In this document: piece after piece, positions 35,611 through 44,299 of the stretch
Layout of the letters: each line of letters begins with the position of its first letter
How positions within the stretch are numbered: position 1 is the stretch's first letter
Source of the DNA: a virus
Lineage: Duplodnaviria > Caudoviricetes
Direction: 5' to 3' (one strand)
Length of the DNA stretch: 64,000 bases
Virus record (IMG/VR): IMGVR_UViG_3300028800_000089
Location: 2,194-66,193 of that record
The notes under the pieces: generated by a model
Database searches by the model: none
The model's input: the letters and a program-made list of their open reading frames with translations, nothing else
What the model was told of the DNA's origin: nothing
Translations under genes and position numbers: made by a program

Positions 35611-35774
35611 AGTGTAAGGAGTGTGATATTGAGATGCAGACACACCCCGTGCATGAAATAGCGGATCTCCACTTCTGTGACATCTGTCACAAGGTATTGC
35701 TTTCCGACGAGATGGGGGTAACAGAGTATAAGAAGGGTGAGTTCCATGAATGGGAGGAGTACATAAGTGATTAA
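35607..35774 (+). CDS. 55-aa Zn-finger protein (below ORF-track cutoff)
   Basis: MKCKEC...FCDICH; ATGA-coupled to E1 and overlaps the helicase start. Confidence 0.6.
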   Translation: MKCKECDIEMQTHPVHEIADLHFCDICHKVLLSDEMGVTEYKKGEFHEWEEYISD

Positions 35775-37218
35775 CTTAACCTACAACGGCAGGTTGATGC
35801 TACTAAGGCCTGCCGCTCTAGGTAAGTCTTTCGAGAGCGACTGTACCGTGACGGTGATGCAGAATCAGGCACCGTCACCGGAGAATCATTGGAGACGCAC
35901 CAGAGTGCCGGTGCCATGCCCGATGTATTGGTACGACAAGGACCCCGTCAGTAAAGAAGAGGTCTTCGTCACCTACATCGGGTATGCCCCAAGAATCATC
36001 GCCGGCCTAGAGAAGCTGGGGATGGATATCATCTACGATGACCGCAGGCCCTGTGGCTTGCCTACTCCTGATCTGTCCATCCTCCGTGGTATCGAATGGC
36101 GGTACCGACAAGCCGAGGTATTCTCTGGCTTACTGGCGCATCGCGGTGGTATTATCAAATGCCCAACGGCGTATGGTAAGTCCTTCATGATCCGTCAGTT
36201 AGCCAGGGTGTACCCGACATCTAAAATTGTCGTTACAGTAGCTTCGTTAGACGTAGCTAGAACATTGTTCGACGAGCTGAAGCTGACCATTCCGGACCTA
36301 GGCTTTTGTGGTACCGGTGGCCAACGCCCCGGCAGGGTAACGGTCGCTGTATCCAAGAGCCTAGAGCATTGCCCCAAAGACGCTAACATCGTGCTCTGCG
36401 ATGAGGCCCACACGCTATGCACCCCAACATACATCAAGTTGCTGAATCGATTCACTAAAGCAAAGATGTTCGGTTTCACTGCTACCCCAACTGGGCGCAG
36501 TGATAACGGTGACGGCTTCCTAGAGTGTATTTTTGGTCCAATCATATCAGACGTTAGTTATCAAGAAGGTGTAGCACATGGAAACATTGTTCAGATTGAT
36601 GCCCGTATATATAGGTCTCCTCTTGGCCCTGACGTTTCCGGTATTAGCAATAAAGCTACAGCAGACCGCTTGGGGATTATTCGTAATGCCGATCGGAATA
36701 CTCTCGTTATTCGTGCTGTTCGAGAGTTGGAGGAAGAGCTAGGCCCGTCTGCACAGATTCTTGTCATGGTCGATAAGATCGAACACGCCTACCTCTTGGG
36801 ACAATCACTACCGGACTACACGATTGTGACTGGGGTGCTCCAGAAGGAGCGTATCAACGAACTGATCAGTAACGGAGCCATGACCACGGATCAGGTCCTA
36901 TGCAGTGCCAAAGACCGCGACATCCATAGGAGAGCCTTTGAGAAGAATGAGTTGAAGCGTGTCATCTGTACCCGTGTCTGGGAGAAGGGCGTAGACTTCC
37001 GTGACTTAATGGGTCTTGTTCGTGCCGATGGCCTAGCGTCGCCTATTGCGGCTGGCCAGATTCCTGGTCGCTTGAGTCGATTGGCAAAGACCGTAGAAAA
37101 GAAGAATGGTCTCCTAGTGGATTTCTACGATAGTTTCAGTAAGAATCTATTGAGCCGTTCGAGACAGCGTATCAAGGAATACAAAGGCAATGGTTGGAAC
37201 ATCACCTATAGGGACTAG
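35767..37218 (+). CDS. superfamily 2 DNA helicase (UvsW-like)
   Basis: PTAYGKS, DEAH, TAT, GVD, Q..GR..R motifs. Confidence 0.9.
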   Translation: MINLTYNGRLMLLRPAALGKSFESDCTVTVMQNQAPSPENHWRRTRVPVPCPMYWYDKDPVSKEEVFVTYIGYAPRIIAGLEKLGMDIIYDDRRPCGLPTPDLSILRGIEWRYRQAEVFSGLLAHRGGIIKCPTAYGKSFMIRQLARVYPTSKIVVTVASLDVARTLFDELKLTIPDLGFCGTGGQRPGRVTVAVSKSLEHCPKDANIVLCDEAHTLCTPTYIKLLNRFTKAKMFGFTATPTGRSDNGDGFLECIFGPIISDVSYQEGVAHGNIVQIDARIYRSPLGPDVSGISNKATADRLGIIRNADRNTLVIRAVRELEEELGPSAQILVMVDKIEHAYLLGQSLPDYTIVTGVLQKERINELISNGAMTTDQVLCSAKDRDIHRRAFEKNELKRVICTRVWEKGVDFRDLMGLVRADGLASPIAAGQIPGRLSRLAKTVEKKNGLLVDFYDSFSKNLLSRSRQRIKEYKGNGWNITYRD

Positions 37219-37220
37219 AT

Positions 37221-37823
37221 ATGGACATTAGTGAAGCGCTGAAGACTGTCGATTTCAAAGACGAACGTGGACGGCATACCGTGCCGAAGCCAGCTGTTGT
37301 CGCTTTAGCCCAAACGATTTTCGACTGCTTCATTACTGCTTATCCCAACTATGTCGGTGGAGCCGCGCCTGTTTCTAAAAAGCATGCCATTGCTTTTTAT
37401 AAAGCGGCACTGCTGTGTCTCCGTCGTAAAGAGGATCCGCAAGTCTTTGTGGTTAAGCAACTACGGGGTATGGCTGCCATAGGAAAGTTCTTCCCGAAGC
37501 TGATATACTCAGAGAAGGTGATCGAGGCCTGTAATGATGGTAACGACGTAAAATTAGACATTATAAGGCATTATAAGGCTCAACTTGCGCTCTTTGATTC
37601 GCGTTGCAAACTGTACGGTCCACTCAATGCCTTAACCGATGAAGCAAACGGATTTTCTCCATTATTCAGATACATAGCCGCAAGGGAGTATGGCATGAAA
37701 GCGTTGGCTCAGTCCTTCGCTGCGGCTGCACTCCTGGAATTGAAGACCACCCCATCAGCCCGAGAGGTTTTCGGTGACGACAGACTTAAAGATCTGGGAA
37801 GTGCTCCTACCGGAACACTTTAG
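37221..37823 (+). CDS. hypothetical replication-associated protein
   Basis: lies between two helicases and is coupled to both; no motif recognised. Confidence 0.6.
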   Translation: MDISEALKTVDFKDERGRHTVPKPAVVALAQTIFDCFITAYPNYVGGAAPVSKKHAIAFYKAALLCLRRKEDPQVFVVKQLRGMAAIGKFFPKLIYSEKVIEACNDGNDVKLDIIRHYKAQLALFDSRCKLYGPLNALTDEANGFSPLFRYIAAREYGMKALAQSFAAAALLELKTTPSAREVFGDDRLKDLGSAPTGTL

Positions 37824-39225
37824 GATCTTTCTAGCGCAGGTACTACGTTCGTCGAGCATCGCTGAATTAGCGTGCCACACGATCATGCCTGAACATCTTA
37901 AGTCTGCCGGCGCAACCCGAGGGCAGGCTCTCATATATAGAATCATTAAGGATTACTACGACGCCAACAAGATCTGTCCCGATGACGGAGTCTTGATAGC
38001 TGAAATAGGCAAGTTCTGCTCGATGTCCCTAGGAGGGCGTCCAGACGTACTGGAAGACATCAAAGAGGAGTTCACCCAGTTCAAGCGCTTCAGGCCCAAT
38101 GTAGACGCCCGTAGCGAGCCCCATATTAGAGTCATGATCAAGACTATTGCTGAACGGTGTATCCACCGCCCAGCAATGGAAGATCTACTGAACACGGCTC
38201 TTACCAACAAAACAATGGAGGGGCTCGGTAAGCAGATCCAGGATATCGAGGCCAAGCAAGCCGCGATCTCCGGGGGTATGTCGTTTAACAGAATCATCTC
38301 GACCCCGTCTGAAGTGACTGGTGAACGTGTCAGCTCTGGGATCCCCTGGCTGGATTCCAGACTCGGTGACGGCAAAGGGCCAGTCAATGGCTGTGGCGTC
38401 GGCATCATCGCCGGGCAAGGCGTAGGCAAGACTGCCCTTGGTATCCAGCTAGCCGTAGCCCAAGCACTCCAGGAGCGCCATACCCTGTTGGTGCTAGCCG
38501 AGGAAGGCCTCTCAAAGGCTGTTAAACGCAGAATTATCTCGTGTGCCACTGGAGTAGCTACAACAGAGCTAGAGGCCGCTAAAGACGATCTAGAGGTCGT
38601 AACGAAGGCTTCTAGTAACCCAGTAGCCATGGCCAAGCGGTTTGCTGCGGTTGATAAGTACGTCCACGTCTTGGATCTCATCAAGAACAGTGGTGACTTA
38701 GATGCCATTATCAGCGAGATCAATGCTAAGAAGCTGAGTAACAGCGACTTAAGCTATGTCTACATCGACTGGGCCGGTCCAATTGCTGACCGGATGCTGC
38801 AACGCGGCAACAAGGCCCTGAAGTCTAAGTACGACGCCCTCAAGATGTTACAAGGCGAAATAGCTCAGTGTGCTGCTAGGAACAACATCATTATCTCGAT
38901 TAGTCATCAGATGGCTGCTAAGCAATTCAAGATGGGACCACGCGCTGAGAATGACCACTACTGCGGCCAGGACTGTAACTCGTTCACCGAAATGTTGAAG
39001 TATGCCTTTGTCATTAATCCCCGTGATATCAATACCGGCATATCGATCTTTAAGATCGCTAAGGCCCGTGATGACAAGCCCGATGTGAAGATCCCGATTA
39101 AGCTCAAAGGTGAGTTGAGTCAGTTCGTTGACTGTAGCGCTCAATTCGAGATCCAGGCGAAGTCCAATCGGCTCACTCCAAAGTTGGAGAAGGAAGCCAA
39201 AGCAAACCAGCTACCAGAGGAATGA
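37774..39225 (+). CDS. DnaB-like replicative helicase
   Basis: SGIPWLD, AGQGVGKT, EE, VYID, SHQ, KAR. Confidence 0.85.
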   Translation: MTTDLKIWEVLLPEHFRIFLAQVLRSSSIAELACHTIMPEHLKSAGATRGQALIYRIIKDYYDANKICPDDGVLIAEIGKFCSMSLGGRPDVLEDIKEEFTQFKRFRPNVDARSEPHIRVMIKTIAERCIHRPAMEDLLNTALTNKTMEGLGKQIQDIEAKQAAISGGMSFNRIISTPSEVTGERVSSGIPWLDSRLGDGKGPVNGCGVGIIAGQGVGKTALGIQLAVAQALQERHTLLVLAEEGLSKAVKRRIISCATGVATTELEAAKDDLEVVTKASSNPVAMAKRFAAVDKYVHVLDLIKNSGDLDAIISEINAKKLSNSDLSYVYIDWAGPIADRMLQRGNKALKSKYDALKMLQGEIAQCAARNNIIISISHQMAAKQFKMGPRAENDHYCGQDCNSFTEMLKYAFVINPRDINTGISIFKIAKARDDKPDVKIPIKLKGELSQFVDCSAQFEIQAKSNRLTPKLEKEAKANQLPEE

Positions 39226-39226
39226 A

Positions 39227-39484
39227 ATGGCTAAAGCTAAGAAGACCAAGGTTTGGGTTACCGTTGAGAATTACCTTGAAGATGTCAGTGTTAACGTTTT
39301 CAAGACCCGTAAGAAGGCCGTTGAGTGGTTCGAGGGTATGGTACGGGATCAATTAGATATCCACGATAAAGACAGGCATGACGAGATAGTAGAGGAAGCT
39401 CTCAAGCTTATGATGTTCTCGTATCCCGGTGACGGCTACCAGCCCTGCACCATCACAGTATACCAAGTGAACATGTGGGAGTAA
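39227..39484 (+). CDS. small protein, paralog 1 of a trio
   Basis: MAKAKK..VWV...F..RKKAVE.FE. Confidence 0.7.
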   Translation: MAKAKKTKVWVTVENYLEDVSVNVFKTRKKAVEWFEGMVRDQLDIHDKDRHDEIVEEALKLMMFSYPGDGYQPCTITVYQVNMWE

Positions 39485-39485
39485 C

Positions 39486-39761
39486 ATGGCTAAGGCCAAG
39501 AAAAAGAAGTCAGTAAAGATACCAACACGTATATGGGTGGTAACACACCGCCGTGGTGACGAGGTATGCGCATGTTTATTTAGGAAAGAGAAGGACGCCG
39601 TCGAAGATTTTGAGACTGCTATAGCCGGAGTCTTGGGCACAGAAATAACGGATGGCGAAGTAGCTGATATAATTAAACAGGCACATGAGTACGACGGTTA
39701 CTGCTATAACGAGGATCAGTATGACGGTGAAATTACCCTTCGTACTGAGTGGCTCCATTGA
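39486..39761 (+). CDS. small protein, paralog 2 of a trio
   Basis: MAKAKK...IWVV...F...KDAVE.FE. Confidence 0.7.
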   Translation: MAKAKKKKSVKIPTRIWVVTHRRGDEVCACLFRKEKDAVEDFETAIAGVLGTEITDGEVADIIKQAHEYDGYCYNEDQYDGEITLRTEWLH

Positions 39762-40018
39762 TTACTATAGTCGAGAAGCAGGTAGTCTGGGTAGTAGGAT
39801 TAATTCGAAGTAATAAATCCTTTTCATTCAAGATTTACGGTCAAAAGCAAGATGCTATAGATGAGTTTACTAAGTGTATAAAAAGGGTATTACGAGAAGA
39901 CGCTACTATAGACGAAATAGATTATGAGACAGCGCTAGGAGTAGCTAATAAGTGTTACCAGTACCTCGAAGGTGAAGACATTGCCGTTATCACTTTAGAT
40001 TCAGACGTCGTCAACTAA
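39749..40018 (+). CDS. small protein, paralog 3 of a trio
   Basis: VWVV...Y...QDAIDEF...ITL. Confidence 0.6.
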   Translation: MAPLITIVEKQVVWVVGLIRSNKSFSFKIYGQKQDAIDEFTKCIKRVLREDATIDEIDYETALGVANKCYQYLEGEDIAVITLDSDVVN

Positions 40019-40032
40019 CCAAAGGAAAGCGT

Positions 40033-41112
40033 ATGTTAAATAAGCCTCTTTACGAGGTCCTACATGCGCGCTTTGGCAGGGTGCGCATTACCAATGAAAA
40101 CGTCAGGCGCCAGGAGCGCCGATGCCGAGATGGTACCACAGAAGTCATTCAGGCCGGTGAGAACTACGGTGTCAATTGCCCGATTTGTGGGGACACCAAA
40201 GGTAGATTATCGATCTCATATCTCTGGCTAGAGAAGCCTCCTCTGAGTCAATATCGTAGAACCGAATTGGCACATTGCTATAATGAGGAGTGCCCGGTTC
40301 GCGAGGAAGCCTTCTGGAAGCCGCTCCTGCCAGAGATCGAGATGGCTAAGATCGGCCTGTTGGTCAGCGGTAATAACGAGGAGATTACTGAGATCAAGGA
40401 GATCAAGGAAACCCGTAAAGTAGCTCTACCAAAGGGGTTCCAACTACTTGGCGAGTTGCCTAAGGACCATCCGGCTCGGGCGTTCGTATTGAAGCAGTAC
40501 AGCGGTAACTTGCTGCCTGACTATTTGTCGGAGCACTACGGTGTCGGCTTCACCGCTGAGTCCGACCCGCTGTATCCCCGTTCAGCTAATCGCATCATAT
40601 TCCCTGTCATGCTCGGTGGTGAGCTAGTGTTCTGGCAAGGTAGAACCACGATCGATGTTGATCCCCGGTGGTACATCCCACTGGGCTGTATTAAGCCGGT
40701 ATACAACGGTGATAAAGTAGCCCCTATGGACATCCCGGTCATTGCAGAGGGTATTCCCTCCGCTATTGCCTGTGGCCACAACGGAGTTGCCTTGTTCGGT
40801 AAGACCATAACGAACCAGCAACTGGACTACATCGCCTCACGGTGGTCATCGGCTATTATCGCTACCGACCCCGAGACCTTTGTACCGGACCCTAGAGAGC
40901 GCGGGGGTAAAGTCATATTTGCACAGCAACTCAAGGAGAAGCTGGACCGCAGATTGAAGATACCTTCCCGTATGATTCGGTGGCCCCTGGAACTGCTGGA
41001 ACTGGGGCGCAGAAATAACAACGGTGAGAACGTCAAAGTGCCGGACCCAGCAGATGTCGGCATGGCAGTCATGAGTAAACTGATAGGAGAGGCTTCCCGT
41101 GGAATTGCCTGA
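40033..41112 (+). CDS. DNA primase (Zn finger plus TOPRIM)
   Basis: CPICGD...HCYNEEC, RIIFP...WQGR, AEG, ALFG, ATD, DP.D. Confidence 0.85.
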   Translation: MLNKPLYEVLHARFGRVRITNENVRRQERRCRDGTTEVIQAGENYGVNCPICGDTKGRLSISYLWLEKPPLSQYRRTELAHCYNEECPVREEAFWKPLLPEIEMAKIGLLVSGNNEEITEIKEIKETRKVALPKGFQLLGELPKDHPARAFVLKQYSGNLLPDYLSEHYGVGFTAESDPLYPRSANRIIFPVMLGGELVFWQGRTTIDVDPRWYIPLGCIKPVYNGDKVAPMDIPVIAEGIPSAIACGHNGVALFGKTITNQQLDYIASRWSSAIIATDPETFVPDPRERGGKVIFAQQLKEKLDRRLKIPSRMIRWPLELLELGRRNNNGENVKVPDPADVGMAVMSKLIGEASRGIA

Positions 41113-44100
41113 AATACATAATAACTATAGACTCAGCGCGTTCCCCGGTCTGAGCCCCGAGATGTTTCTGGCAAAGGTCTGCAATGAATCCCTTCCCCTA
41201 CCAGAACTGGAATGCCCGGGAAACTTGGTCCACCTCCCAGCCACATGGATGGGTGGTGTAGGTTCAAGCATCCCCATTGATGACGAGGACTACGCTGATT
41301 TCATTAATCAGCGCCAAGGCTGTAAGACCGGAATGCCGGTTATGGTGATTACGGAGAAGCCGAGCTACGAAGACATCGAATGCGGCGTCGCCCTGAGCCC
41401 AGCATCTGAAGCCGGTACGTTTATGCGTAACGAGCTAGAGGCTGCTGGGATCAACTTGAACGATGTCATAGTCACCCACGGGGCAAGATTCGCTTTGCCG
41501 GCGCATCTCAAGTCGTTGAAGCCGCAGCACCTCAAGGTGAACTCAACGTACATGCTAGCCGATATCCAGGCATGTAAGCCCAAGGTGATTATTGTCTGTG
41601 GTGCCAAAATGCTGTCCCACCTATTTGGGGACAAGACCAAACTGGACACCGTACGCGGTGACATCCTAGACTTGGACCTGAGCAAGCACTTTGAGAACGG
41701 CCACAAGTGCAAGGTCATAGCCACGGTAAGCCACTTGGGGTTCATGAGTGGCTACTCCGATATCGCAGTATTCCGTAGCGAGCTGAAGCGTGCAGTAGGG
41801 GTACTCAATGACGTTGTTATCGAGAAACCCAAAGTAGAGGAGTACCTAGTACTCGACACAGCAGACGCCGTAGAAGCGCTCTGTGATAGGCTGATCCAGG
41901 AGAAGCCCAAACGTATTGTGTTCGATACCGAGTTCGGTAACGATGTTGCCCGTGAGGAGTACCGCTACACCTTATCGGTGCAGCTAGCCTGGGGTAAGGG
42001 TAGAGCAGCATTCATCAAGCTCAGGGATCAAGTCGAGCAGGCCCCGTACGATGTTGAGGTTCCCTATGGGAAACCCAATAAAGACGGTGTCCGCAAAACG
42101 AAGACCAAGACGATCCACCCAGAGAACAAGTGCGGAGTCAAGTTCCTTAGTGACGCCGATGAGCGCCGTATCTGGATAGCGCTTACTAAGCTGTTTCTCA
42201 CTAAAGAGATACAGATCGGTGGTCAGCACATGCGTGTTGACGTCGAGGAGTTTGCTAGAAACGGTGCTTCGATTGATAGGCGTATCGCTGATGGCTTCGA
42301 CATCATGCTGGTACATTATCTCCTACACGGCGATGACAGCCACGGCTTGGACCACCTTGTCCGTGAGTACCTACCTGAAGTTGGGGCGTACTGGAGAGAA
42401 CTAGAGGAATGGCTGTCCGGTAATGGTCGTAAGGCGCGGTTACAGTTCGGTTACCGTGATGTACCACTACCGATATTGATACCGTATGGTCTCCGAGATG
42501 CCGATTACAGTTGGCAAGTCGCTGAACTCCTTGAAAAGGAACTTGATAGGTTCCCCAAGCTGAAGCACTTGTATTACAATACCACGGCGTGGGCTAGCCT
42601 CCATCTCTTGGACGTCGAGCGACACGGGTTATTGATTGACGATGAGCGCCGCATGGAACTCCGCGAGGAGTACTACCCGGTGTACTGTGAGCTACTCGAT
42701 AAGCTTCGGAAGGCGATTAATTGGCCAACCTTTGAGCCTACGGCCAAAGGCGACATGGCGTATTTGCTGTTCAACCGGCATGTCTACAAAGACCGTGACA
42801 AAGCCAAAGCAAAGTGCCCCGAGGGAGCTGTCCTATTTGACTGCGAGCCGCTGTACAACACCGATAAGTATCCGAAGGCCTGGGAGCTTGTTGTAGCCGA
42901 TGGTCAAGAAGCGTATAGCACGCCGTCTACTGAAGTAGATGCCATTATAGCGCTGACACATGAGCACCCCGATAACTCGTCATTGGTACTTCTGAGGCAT
43001 ATCAGCGTACTAGGCAAGATGCTGTCGTCTTGTCTTAAACCGATTACGCTCAATGACTTCGGTGTTCCAGTAGACGGTAATGGGTTCGCTGAGAATATCC
43101 GAAACGATGGCCGTGTAACATCTCACTTCTCACAGTTAACGGCTACAGGTAGGTATACGTCAAAGAAGACGAATCTACAGACGTGGGTGAAGAAGCAGGA
43201 AGCTGCGGTATTCGAAGCGCTGGTCTACCATAAGTTCGGTCTTCCTATCAAGGAATACGAACGTCGTGCCTTTAACGGAGACCCCGATAAGGGTCTTCCA
43301 CGATACGAAGGGCCAGACCGTATTGAAGTAGACGATCAGATCCACCAGACGAAGTTCAAGTCCTGCGTTACTGCCCCAGAGGGTTACGTTCTCATTGAAG
43401 TTGACTTCAAGAACGCCGAGATCCGTTCATGGGCGTTCTGTAGTGGTGACACCAACCTGATTAAGGTCATCTCGCAGAACCGCGATATCCACTCCGAAGT
43501 AGCAGCTGTCAATTTCAAGCTACCAGAGGCTGAGGATCTACCGAGGCTGTTGAAGCAACTCGATGAAGGTAAGAAGGACGAATATAAGAAGTGGGTCGAA
43601 GCGTTTAAGAAGAATCACGACTCACTGAGAGTCGTTGCTAAGGCTGTATTGTTCGGTTTGATTTACGGTAGAGGTCCAGCAGCACTTGCCCGTGAGATTG
43701 GTGCTCAGGGTGTTGCCACGACCAAGGATGAATGCCAGCTTCTCATTAACTATATCGCTAAGATGTACCCAGTGGCATGGAAGTGGCTACAGGGTAACGC
43801 TGACTTCGCCGTTGAGCACGAATACCTGGAAAACGCCTTCGGTGCAAGAAGGTACTTCCCAGGAATCCGTAAGTTGTCGGCCAAGCATCAGGCTGCTGTT
43901 CGTCGTGAAGCCATGAACTCGAATCTACAGGGCCTCGTGGCCTACTTACTGGCCCAAGCCGGTAAGAACTTCTACAGGTTCAAGTACATGACTGACGCAG
44001 GCAAGAACATTGATTTCAAGGTAATTCTTCCGATTCATGACGCCTTCCTCATCGAGTGTAAGATCGAGGATGTCGAGAAATGCAAGGCCGTAATCAAGCT

Positions 44101-44206
44101 CTGCATGTCAACGGCAAACAAGATCCCAGGCACCGACCACTACTTAGATGTAGATATCGAAGTAGCAAAGCGTTGGAGCGAAAAAGAGGATAAGAAGGCA
44201 GCTTAG
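41099..44206 (+). CDS. family A DNA polymerase with N-terminal UDG-like domain and 3'-5' exonuclease
   Basis: UDG-like VMVITEKP...KPKVIIVCG; Exo FDTE and YGLRDAD; TGRYTS..NLQ; motif A DFKNAE, motif B RVVAKAVLFGLIYG, motif C IHD. Confidence 0.93.
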   Translation: MELPEIHNNYRLSAFPGLSPEMFLAKVCNESLPLPELECPGNLVHLPATWMGGVGSSIPIDDEDYADFINQRQGCKTGMPVMVITEKPSYEDIECGVALSPASEAGTFMRNELEAAGINLNDVIVTHGARFALPAHLKSLKPQHLKVNSTYMLADIQACKPKVIIVCGAKMLSHLFGDKTKLDTVRGDILDLDLSKHFENGHKCKVIATVSHLGFMSGYSDIAVFRSELKRAVGVLNDVVIEKPKVEEYLVLDTADAVEALCDRLIQEKPKRIVFDTEFGNDVAREEYRYTLSVQLAWGKGRAAFIKLRDQVEQAPYDVEVPYGKPNKDGVRKTKTKTIHPENKCGVKFLSDADERRIWIALTKLFLTKEIQIGGQHMRVDVEEFARNGASIDRRIADGFDIMLVHYLLHGDDSHGLDHLVREYLPEVGAYWRELEEWLSGNGRKARLQFGYRDVPLPILIPYGLRDADYSWQVAELLEKELDRFPKLKHLYYNTTAWASLHLLDVERHGLLIDDERRMELREEYYPVYCELLDKLRKAINWPTFEPTAKGDMAYLLFNRHVYKDRDKAKAKCPEGAVLFDCEPLYNTDKYPKAWELVVADGQEAYSTPSTEVDAIIALTHEHPDNSSLVLLRHISVLGKMLSSCLKPITLNDFGVPVDGNGFAENIRNDGRVTSHFSQLTATGRYTSKKTNLQTWVKKQEAAVFEALVYHKFGLPIKEYERRAFNGDPDKGLPRYEGPDRIEVDDQIHQTKFKSCVTAPEGYVLIEVDFKNAEIRSWAFCSGDTNLIKVISQNRDIHSEVAAVNFKLPEAEDLPRLLKQLDEGKKDEYKKWVEAFKKNHDSLRVVAKAVLFGLIYGRGPAALAREIGAQGVATTKDECQLLINYIAKMYPVAWKWLQGNADFAVEHEYLENAFGARRYFPGIRKLSAKHQAAVRREAMNSNLQGLVAYLLAQAGKNFYRFKYMTDAGKNIDFKVILPIHDAFLIECKIEDVEKCKAVIKLCMSTANKIPGTDHYLDVDIEVAKRWSEKEDKKAA

Positions 44207-44232
44207 TCTTGACTTTATTGGCCTACTGGTAT

Positions 44233-44299
44233 GGTGGTCAGTGCTATTAGCTATGTGGCTAGTAACACACATGAACCACCTTAAAAACAAGGAAACAAA
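44233..44299 (+). promoter_or_regulatory. structured 5' leader followed by an A-rich RBS region
   Basis: GGTGGT/ACCACC outer stem and TATTAGCT/GGCTAGTA inner stem, then TTAAAAACAAGGAAACAAA; TTGACT at 44209. Confidence 0.4.

Noticed and set aside
37956-38723. 255-aa minus-strand ORF and the many other antisense ORFs
   Set aside because: They are shadows of well-supported plus-strand genes, with no motifs or RBS.
43170-43360. Intein or intron in the DNA polymerase insert
   Set aside because: Too short, in frame, and lacking the C/S...HN splice motifs.
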